NCBI GenBank assembly: GCA_016932995.1
Contig: JAFGBU010000005.1
Span: forward strand, 9,972 to 73,971
Length of the DNA stretch: 64,000 bases
Source: Desulfovibrionaceae bacterium
GTDB taxonomy: Bacteria; Desulfobacterota; Desulfovibrionia; Desulfovibrionales; Desulfovibrionaceae
Direction: 5' to 3'
The translations under genes were made by a program, and so were the position numbers. Each line of letters starts with the position of its first letter. Within the stretch, counting starts at the first letter, position 1. The notes below the pieces were generated by a model. It worked only from the letters and a program-made list of their open reading frames with translations. It did not search any database and was not told where the DNA came from. This document shows positions 56,159-64,000 of the stretch, piece after piece.

Positions 56159-56602
56159 ATGGGCAAGCTGAACTGGAACCCCTGGGCCGGGTTGGACGAT
56201 CTCAGGGACCAGATGGACCGCCTTCTGGAGGAGGCCATCCAGGGGGTCACCCCCACGGACAGGCTCAAGGACAAGGGTTTTATGTGGGCCCCGGCCGCGG
56301 ACGTGGTCGAGACCGGCGGCACGCTGGTGATCCAGGTCGAGCTGCCCGGCCTGGGCCAGGACGAGGTCACCCTGGAGGTCAAGGGCCGCGAGCTGTGGAT
56401 CGCGGGCGAACGGCCCTTTGTCCGGGAGGCCGGAGAGGCCGTGTACCAGGTCCTGGAGCGCTCCTACGGGCCGTTCGCCAGGAAGTTCCCCCTGGCCCCG
56501 GACGCGGACCTCAAGAACATCTCCGCGGTGTTCAAGAACGGGCTGCTGACCGTGACCGTGCCCCGGCGCAAGAGGCCCAAGAAGCTCCTCGACGTGGGCT
56601 AG
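56159..56602 (+). CDS. Hsp20/alpha-crystallin family small heat-shock protein
   Basis: 147 aa from ATG 56159. Alpha-crystallin domain features (PAADVVETGGTLVIQVELPG, F.NGLLTVTVP). Confidence 0.85.
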   Translation: MGKLNWNPWAGLDDLRDQMDRLLEEAIQGVTPTDRLKDKGFMWAPAADVVETGGTLVIQVELPGLGQDEVTLEVKGRELWIAGERPFVREAGEAVYQVLERSYGPFARKFPLAPDADLKNISAVFKNGLLTVTVPRRKRPKKLLDVG

Positions 56603-56625
56603 GCGGCCGAACCCGCGTCCGCGGT

Positions 56626-56653
56626 CTTGACCAGGGCCTGTGGGTAGCTATCT
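56626..56653 (+). promoter_or_regulatory. Candidate promoter for htpX (sigma32-like or sigma70-like)
   Basis: CTTGACC-N15-CTATCT. It can also be read as TTGACC-N16-TATCTA. It shares the CTATCT element with the hsp20 candidate. Confidence 0.35.
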
Positions 56654-56697
56654 AATACCCTCCGAGATCCCGACCCGTCCCCTAAGGAGCTTTCACC

Positions 56698-57545
56698 ATG
56701 ACCAGCCAGGTGAAGACATTGCTCTTCCTGGTCCTGCTCACGGCCCTGATCCTGGCCCTGGGCGCGGCCGCGGGCGGCCGCAACGGCCTGATCCTGGCCC
56801 TTGGCCTGGCCCTGGCCATGAACTTCGTCGGCTACTGGTTCTCGGACAAGATCGTGCTGCGCATGTACCGGGCCGTGGAGCTCTCGCCGAACGACGCCCC
56901 CCGGATCCACGCCATGGTCGCGGAGCTGGCCGAGCGGGCCGGCCTGCCCAAGCCCAGAATCTGCCTCGTTCCCCAGGACGCGCCCAACGCCTTTGCCACC
57001 GGCCGCAACCCGCAAAACGCGGTCCTGGCCGTGACCCGGGGGCTGCTCACGACCCTGCCCCCGGAGGAGCTCATGGCCGTGCTCGGCCACGAGCTGGGCC
57101 ACGTCAAGCACCGGGACATCCTCATCCAGTCCGTGGCCGCAGTCCTGGCCGGGGCGGTGATGTTTCTGGCCGGCATGATCCGCTGGGCCGCCCTGTTCGG
57201 GTTCAGGGGCAGCGACAGGGACAACGGCAACCCCCTGGCGGCCATCGCCCTGGCCATTGTCGCGCCCATAGCCGCGCTCATGATCCAGATGGCCATATCC
57301 CGGTCCAGGGAGTACCTGGCCGACGAGGCCGGGGCCAGGCTGGCCCAAAACCCGCTCCACCTGTCCCGGGCCCTGGCCAGGCTCCACCAGGCCGCGGCCC
57401 GGACCCCGCTTCAGGGCAACCCGGCCACGGAGAACATGTTCATCGTCAACCCGTTCAGCGGCAGGCGGATGCTCGGCCTGTTCAGCACCCACCCCCCGGT
57501 CGAGGAGCGCATCAGACGGCTGGAGGCCATGGCCGGGGTGCGGCC

Positions 57546-57549
<4 letters not shown>
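56698..57549 (+). CDS. htpX: Zinc metalloprotease HtpX
   Basis: 283 aa. Four TM segments, the HELGH motif, and a typical HtpX C-terminus (STHPP.EERI..L). Confidence 0.9.
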
Positions 57550-58892
<1,343 letters not shown>

Positions 58893-58927
58893 AAAAAAGT
58901 TTGAGCCGGTCCTGCGCGGAGTAAGTC

Positions 58928-59623
58928 CTAGGGCCGCGCGGCCCGGACCAGGCCGAGCAGCCTCTCGAAGACCTGATCCTCGCTCAAGCGCGTGGTGTCG
59001 ATGAGCGCCGCGTCCGGCGCGGGCGCGAGCGGGGCCACGGCCCTTTCGCGGTCCTGGCGGTCGCGGCGGCGGGTCTGGTCCGCGATTTCCTCCAGGTCCG
59101 CGTCCCGGCCCATGGCCTTGAGTTGCAGCCAGCGCCTGCGGGCGCGCTCCATGGCCTCGGCCTCCAGAAAGAACTTGCACCGGGCCCGGGGAAAGACCAC
59201 GCTGCCCATGTCCCGGCCCTCGGCCACCAGGGACGCGCTCTGGCCGATGTCCCGCTGGGCCTGCTTCAAGAACTCCCTGACCGCCGGGATCGCGGCCAGG
59301 TTCGAGGCCCACATCCCGACCTCCTCGGTGCGGATGTCCGGGTCCAGGGGCTCGCTGTCCAGAAAAAGGACCTGCTCCCCGTCCAGGTCCCTGAGCTCGA
59401 AGCGCAGGTCCTTGAGGCCGTTCTCAAGCCTCTGCGGGCCCCAGTCCCAGGACCCGGGCCCCAGGCGCCAGGCCACGGCCCGAAACATGGCCCCGGTGTC
59501 CAGGTAGCCGATCCCGAGGGCCGCGGCCAGGCGCCTGGCCAGGCTGCTCTTGCCCACGCCTGCCGGGCCGTCCAGGGTCACGATGAGCGGGCTAGGCAAG
59601 GACCTGCTCCAGGGCGGCCACAA
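58928..59623 (-). CDS. cmk: Cytidylate kinase
   Basis: P-loop LDGPAGVGKSS and the LDTGAMFRA motif. No ATG start; TTG 59623 (longest ORF) or TTG 59599. Overlaps the hisC 3' end. Confidence 0.85.
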   Translation of the reverse strand: MWPPWSRSLPSPLIVTLDGPAGVGKSSLARRLAAALGIGYLDTGAMFRAVAWRLGPGSWDWGPQRLENGLKDLRFELRDLDGEQVLFLDSEPLDPDIRTEEVGMWASNLAAIPAVREFLKQAQRDIGQSASLVAEGRDMGSVVFPRARCKFFLEAEAMERARRRWLQLKAMGRDADLEEIADQTRRRDRQDRERAVAPLAPAPDAALIDTTRLSEDQVFERLLGLVRAARP

Positions 59624-60686
59624 AGGCCCGGTTCTCGCGCTCCACGCCCACGTTGACCCTGATCCGCTCGGCCAGCCCGAAGCTGGCCAGGGGCCTGACT
59701 ATGATCCCCTTTTCGAGCAGGTTTTGAAACACGTCCTCGGCCCTTTTGGGCGGCCTGAACATGATGAAGTTGGACTGCGAGGGCGTGGGCTCGCAGCCCA
59801 GCCGCTCGAGCTCGGCCGCGAGGTACTGCTTGCCCTGGGAGACCACGTCCAGGGTGGCGGTGTAAAAGGCGACGTCCTCCAGGGCGGCCAGCCCGGCGGC
59901 CTCGGCCAGGCGGTTGACCGTGAACGGTATCCTGGCCCGGCGCACGTACTCGGCCAGCCAGGCGGGCATGACCCCGTAGCCCAGGCGCAGCCCGGCCAGG
60001 CCAAAGGCCTTGGAAAAGGTCCGCAGCAGGACCACGTTGTCCACGTCCCTCATCCTGGGCATGAGCGTGTAGTCCGAGACCGGGGCGGCGAAGTCGATGT
60101 AGGCCTCGTCCACCACCAGCAGGGCGCCCTTGGGCAGGCCCCGGGCCAGTCCGGCCAGGTCCTCGGCCCGGGCGGCGTGGCCCGTTGGGTTGTCCGGGCT
60201 GGCCACAAAGACCAGGGCGGTGTCCTGGTCAACGGCCCGGGCCAGGTTGTCCAGGGCCAGGCCGTAGTCCTTGGCCCTGGGCGCCTGGCGGTACTCGATC
60301 CCGCACAGCCTGGCCGTGAGCTTGTACATGCTGAAGCTGTTCTCGAAGCCCAGGACATGGTCCCTGCCCGGCCTGGCCCTGACCCGCATCAACATGTCGA
60401 TGACCTCGTCCGAGCCGTTGCCCGGCACGATCATCTCCTCGGGCAGGTCCAGGCGCTCGGACAGGGCCCGGACCAGGGCCGGGCAGTGGGTCCGGGGGTA
60501 GCGGAAAATCCCGGCGACCTCCCGGCAGACCGCCTTCTGGACCAGCGGCGAGACGCCCAGCGGGTTCTCGTTGCTGGCCAGCTTGATCACCTCCTGGAGG
60601 TTGAAGCGGCGCTTGATCTCCCTGACCGAAAGCCCCGGCACGTAGGGGTCGAAGTCCCTGATCTCGGGTCGGATGAAGCTGCTCAT
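59592..60686 (-). CDS. hisC: Histidinol-phosphate aminotransferase
   Basis: 364 aa. Class-II aminotransferase features (KLASNENPLG, the TFSKAFGLAGLRLGY PLP-lysine region). Confidence 0.85.
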   Translation of the reverse strand: MSSFIRPEIRDFDPYVPGLSVREIKRRFNLQEVIKLASNENPLGVSPLVQKAVCREVAGIFRYPRTHCPALVRALSERLDLPEEMIVPGNGSDEVIDMLMRVRARPGRDHVLGFENSFSMYKLTARLCGIEYRQAPRAKDYGLALDNLARAVDQDTALVFVASPDNPTGHAARAEDLAGLARGLPKGALLVVDEAYIDFAAPVSDYTLMPRMRDVDNVVLLRTFSKAFGLAGLRLGYGVMPAWLAEYVRRARIPFTVNRLAEAAGLAALEDVAFYTATLDVVSQGKQYLAAELERLGCEPTPSQSNFIMFRPPKRAEDVFQNLLEKGIIVRPLASFGLAERIRVNVGVERENRAFVAALEQVLA

Positions 60687-60723
60687 GTCTCTCCCCTGTC
60701 TTGTGGTCCAACGGCCGGGCGCG

Positions 60724-60753
60724 AAAAACGAAAACGGCCCCCTGGGCCGTTTT
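60724..60753 (-). terminator. Rho-independent terminator after the universal stress protein gene
   Basis: On the minus strand, AAAACGGCCC-agg-GGGCCGTTTT followed by CGTTTTTCG. Confidence 0.7.
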
Positions 60754-60795
60754 CAATACAGGCCTTGCGCGGCCGGGTAAAGACCCGGGCCCGCG

Positions 60796-61239
60796 CTACC
60801 TCTGCGGCCGCACGGTCAGCACCGGGCACTTGGCGCTCTTGACCACCTTCTCGGCCACCGAGCCGAACAGAATCCGGTCGATGCCCTTGCGGCCGTGGGT
60901 GCCCATGATGATGATCCCGGCCTTGATCCGCTCGGCCAGGCCGAGTATCTCCTCGGCCGCATAGCCGGTGACCACCTTGCCCTCGACCTGGACATCGCTG
61001 AAATGCTCCTTCAGGAAGCTGTCCATGGTCGAGTCGGCCCCGGCCACGATCTCGCCCACGAAGTTCTCGATGGAGCTGGGCGGCACGTGAAAACCCACGT
61101 ACTGGCTGAGCGAAGGGGCGACATACAGACACACGACCTTGGCCCCCAGACCCTGGGCCAGGGCCTTGGCGTAGTCCGCGACCAGGGGACTGTGCTCGGA
61201 AAGGTCCAGGGCGCAAAGGATGGTCTTGATCTCGACCAT
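60796..61239 (-). CDS. Universal stress protein (UspA family)
   Basis: 147 aa from ATG 61239, preceded by an AGGAGG SD. Motifs ILCALDLS and GTHGRKG...LFGSVAEKVV. Confidence 0.8.
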   Translation of the reverse strand: MVEIKTILCALDLSEHSPLVADYAKALAQGLGAKVVCLYVAPSLSQYVGFHVPPSSIENFVGEIVAGADSTMDSFLKEHFSDVQVEGKVVTGYAAEEILGLAERIKAGIIIMGTHGRKGIDRILFGSVAEKVVKSAKCPVLTVRPQR

Positions 61240-61476
61240 GGTCAACCTCCTGGTTCTGGGCCGCCGGCGCGGGCCCCGCAGCCTTTGGCGATCGATTCTC
61301 AACCTCTTGTATTTTATGCCATATGCATCGAAGATAGACAAGCCCTATTTCTTCAACTATCCTGGGTTCCAAGGACCTCGGCCAAGACCGGCGAAAGGGG
61401 CTAAGGGGGAAAATTGTTCCCTTTGGCCTAAAGATCAACTTGATATATTACGATATGTTGCATAGACAGTGGCCAT

Positions 61477-61492
61477 TGGCAGAGTCCTTGCA
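61477..61492 (+). promoter_or_regulatory. Candidate sigma54 (-24/-12) promoter
   Basis: TGGCAGAGTCCTTGCA matches TGGCAC-N5-TTGCA with correct GG/GC spacing. 36 nt upstream of ATG 61528. Confidence 0.55.
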
Positions 61493-61527
61493 GCAAGTTC
61501 GGGAAACCGCAGGATGAGGAGCGTGTG

Positions 61528-61995
61528 ATGAAGATTCATCCTGAGCACATCGAGGGCGTTCGCCAGGACCAGCAGGACCGGGCGGGCAAGACCAGGGTCA
61601 AGGCCCCGGAGGAGTCCTTCGGGGACCTGCTGGACAAGGAGCTGTCCAAGACCTCGGCCAGGCCGGCCGTTGCGGCGGCCAATGCCCGGCCGATCCAGCC
61701 CCTGCTCAAGACCGAGGCCCTGGCCGGGGTCCAAAGCGGGACCAACGAGGCAGTCGCCGAGCGCGTGGACGGCCTGCTCGACAAGTGGCAGGCCTACGCC
61801 GACGGGCTCAGGTCCGGGACCGGCCTGCGCGAGGCCTACGGGCTGCTGGAGGACATCTCCGGCGGGCTCAAGGGGCTCAAGGACGACTGGCCGTCCCTGG
61901 CCGAGTCCGAGCCCCGGCTCCAGGAACTGGTCGACGAGCTGGATATCCTGTCCGTCACCGAGAGGATGAAGTTCAACCGGGGGGACTACATCTAG
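61528..61995 (+). CDS. Hypothetical protein
   Basis: 155 aa, ATG preceded by AGGATGAGGAG. Helical and charged. I recognise no family. Confidence 0.5.
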   Translation: MKIHPEHIEGVRQDQQDRAGKTRVKAPEESFGDLLDKELSKTSARPAVAAANARPIQPLLKTEALAGVQSGTNEAVAERVDGLLDKWQAYADGLRSGTGLREAYGLLEDISGGLKGLKDDWPSLAESEPRLQELVDELDILSVTERMKFNRGDYI

Positions 61996-62579
61996 CCCCC
62001 CGGGCCCTCCTGCGGCTGATCGGCCGCGAACCCCGCAAGCCGGACATAGGTGGGCCCCTGCGGCCCGAGCAGGCTCTTCCAGAGCGCGAACTCGGCGGCC
62101 TCGAACCCGGGCCAGTCCCTGGCCGCGGCCATTTCGGCCAGGGCCGGCCAGTCGTCCGCGGCCGGGGTCTTTATCCTGGCCAGGGTCAGGTGCGCGGAAA
62201 AGGCGCGGGCCTCGGGCCTGAAGCCCAGAGGGGCCAGGGCCCGGTCCACGTCTCCGGCCAGGCGGCCGCACTCCGCGGCGCCCGGGCCGACCCCGACCCA
62301 GAACACCCGGGGCCTGCGCGGATCAGGGAAAAATCCCGCGCCCCGGGCCTGGAAAAAAAACCGGCCGAAGCGCACCGAGCACAGGGCCTGCTTGAGGCCA
62401 ATCAGGCCGGGCTCCTCGACCTCGCCCAAGAACTTCAGGGTCAGGTGCCAGTTCCCGGGCCTGGTCCAGGACATGCTGGAGCGGGCCCGGGGCCTGATCC
62501 GGGACTGGATGTCCCTCAAGGCGTCCTGATAGGCCTGGGGCAGGGGCAGGCCCACGAAGCAGCGCACGGCCGCGGCCAT
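61992..62579 (-). CDS. thpR: RNA 2',3'-cyclic phosphodiesterase (2H family, ThpR/LigT)
   Basis: 195 aa from ATG 62579. Two HxT motifs (HLTLKF, HLTLAR). Confidence 0.8.
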   Translation of the reverse strand: MAAAVRCFVGLPLPQAYQDALRDIQSRIRPRARSSMSWTRPGNWHLTLKFLGEVEEPGLIGLKQALCSVRFGRFFFQARGAGFFPDPRRPRVFWVGVGPGAAECGRLAGDVDRALAPLGFRPEARAFSAHLTLARIKTPAADDWPALAEMAAARDWPGFEAAEFALWKSLLGPQGPTYVRLAGFAADQPQEGPGG

Positions 62580-63061
62580 CAGTCCCCGGCCGCGGCCAGC
62601 AGCCCGTCCAGGGCCGCGGACACGGCCTGCTCGCGGATTCGGGCCCGAGGGCCCTGGAAATCGAAGCGCCCGGCCCTGGACCCGCCCGGCCAGGCCCAGG
62701 CCATCCAGACCAGGCCCACCGGCTTGTCCGGGGTCCCTCCGCCCGGCCCGGCCACGCCCGAGACGGACACGGACAACTGGGCCCCGGTAAGCCTTCTCAC
62801 GCCCTCGGCCATGGCCAGAACGGTCTGCTCGCTCACCGCCCCGTTCGCGGCCAGGACCTCGGCCGGCACGCCCAACAGGCCCTGCTTCACGCTGTTCGCG
62901 TAGGCCACGACCCCGCCCAGGAACCACTCCGAGCTGCCCGCAACCTCGGTGAGCGCCCCGGCCAAGAGCCCGCCGGTGCACGACTCGGCCGTGGCCAGAA
63001 ACCAGTTGCGGGCCATAAGCGCCCGGCCCAATCGGGCCGCCTTGTCCTTTTGATCGGCCAT
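62579..63061 (-). CDS. CinA C-terminal domain protein (nicotinamide-nucleotide amidohydrolase PncC-like)
   Basis: 160 aa from ATG 63061. Signature ATAESCTGGLLA and GVAGPGGG. Its stop overlaps the thpR start by 1 nt. Confidence 0.8.
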   Translation of the reverse strand: MADQKDKAARLGRALMARNWFLATAESCTGGLLAGALTEVAGSSEWFLGGVVAYANSVKQGLLGVPAEVLAANGAVSEQTVLAMAEGVRRLTGAQLSVSVSGVAGPGGGTPDKPVGLVWMAWAWPGGSRAGRFDFQGPRARIREQAVSAALDGLLAAAGD

Positions 63062-63163
63062 GCGCCTTCCCCCTGCTTCCCCGATATCTACCCAATGCGC
63101 CCGGGTGTTGCAATTGCCGGCCCCAGGACCTACAACCTGTGACTGGCGAAACAGCTGAGCACC

Positions 63164-63595
63164 ATGAGCCTGGAACCCGAACAAATCATCCGCAGCATCA
63201 GGCGGCGGCGCGAAAACGCCTGGAACTGGTCGCTTCAGGCCCTGGGCCTGGCGCTTCTGCCCCCGGCCGTGTGGCTGCACAGCCGGTCCCTGGCCGGAGT
63301 GGCCCTGGTGCTCATGGCCGCGGGCCTGTTCGAGCTGCGCCTGCCGCCCATGGACCAGACCGAGCTCAAGGCCCTGGCCGGACCCCTCAAGCGGGCCATG
63401 GAGGCCGAAAAAAGGTGCCTTGCCGGCCCCTGGAGCTTCAAGAAACGGCTCAAGGCCCTGGGCCTGGGCCTGGGCCTGGCGGTCCTGTGCCGGGCCCTGT
63501 GGGCAAACGACCTGGCCGTGCTCGGCCTGCTGGCCGGCCTGGCCGCGCTCCTGGTCGTGACGCACAAGAACCGGCGCGACGGCATAGAGCCCTGA
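63164..63595 (+). CDS. Hypothetical membrane protein
   Basis: 143 aa with 3-4 hydrophobic segments. No recognised family. Confidence 0.45.
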   Translation: MSLEPEQIIRSIRRRRENAWNWSLQALGLALLPPAVWLHSRSLAGVALVLMAAGLFELRLPPMDQTELKALAGPLKRAMEAEKRCLAGPWSFKKRLKALGLGLGLAVLCRALWANDLAVLGLLAGLAALLVVTHKNRRDGIEP

Positions 63596-63670
63596 GCCGC
63601 GCGGCAGGGCCTTGGTTTCCGGGCCGAGTTGCTGTACATGCCGGGGAGCGTTTCGCTTCGGGAGACAGTG

Positions 63671-64000
63671 ATGCTTGACCTCAAACTGGTGCAGAAAAAC
63701 CCCGACCTGGTCCGCGAAAACCTGGCCAGGCGCGGATCGGACATGGACCTGGCCGAGTTCTCCAGGCTGGACCGCGAAAGGCGCGCCCTGCTCGTCGAGG
63801 TCGAGGCCCTGAAGGCCAGGCGCAACGAGGCCTCGGCCGAGATAGCCGGGCTCAAGCGCGCAGGCCGAGACGCCTCGGCGATCATCAAGGAGATGGCCGC
63901 GCTCGGGGCCAGGGTCAAGGACCTGGACCAGCGGCTCGCGGACATCGGCCGGGCCGAACGCGACTGGCTCATGTCCGTGCCGAACCTCGCGCATGAGAGC
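63671..64000 (+). CDS. serS: Serine--tRNA ligase (N-terminal part; continues beyond the window)
   Basis: MLDLKLVQKNPDLVRENLARRG and the N-terminal coiled-coil arm typical of SerS. Truncated by the window end. Confidence 0.85.
   Translation, partial: MLDLKLVQKNPDLVRENLARRGSDMDLAEFSRLDRERRALLVEVEALKARRNEASAEIAGLKRAGRDASAIIKEMAALGARVKDLDQRLADIGRAERDWLMSVPNLAHES

Overview
High-GC chromosomal segment of a Desulfovibrio-type sulfate reducer, judged from gene content: periplasmic [FeFe] hydrogenase hydAB, tetraheme cytochrome c3, a dfx-rub-roo oxygen-defence cluster, a DcrA-like heme-containing chemoreceptor and siroheme/alternative-heme genes. I support about 70 densely packed protein genes, almost all core functions. 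These include purine synthesis (purL, purN), menaquinone-related genes (polyprenyl synthase, MqnB-like, ubiE), heme/cobalamin genes (hemL, Ahb-type, cobA/hemD fusion, cobL), valS, serS (partial), truA, dinB, xth, cmk, hisC, a liv-type ABC transporter, malic enzyme, pfk, and the heat-shock genes hsp20, htpX and a DegP-like protease. I saw no rRNA, tRNA, CRISPR array, transposase, integrase or recognisable defence or toxin genes, so this is an ordinary core region rather than an accessory island. I found no convincing new multi-gene system. The observations most worth a second look are: (1) two related CTAG-bounded inverted-repeat elements packed with hairpins, filling convergent gene junctions at 50408-50570 and 25202-25311; (2) a FapA/DUF342 gene split by a 1-nt frame change in a GGGG run; (3) a 581-aa protein with FliD-like internal repeats that overlaps truA, next to a detached fliJ/MotE-like pair; (4) a tetraheme cytochrome c apparently co-transcribed with the heme chemoreceptor beside the oxygen-defence cluster; (5) an unannotated 30-codon hydrophobic ORF with a perfect Shine-Dalgarno sequence; (6) long ORF-less spacers at 5460-5913 and 53993-54409. 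Many long ORFs in the supplied track are GC-rich shadow frames (Arg/Gly/Pro/Ala-rich) and were discarded. All start codons are inferred by eye from SD-like sequences and family N-termini.
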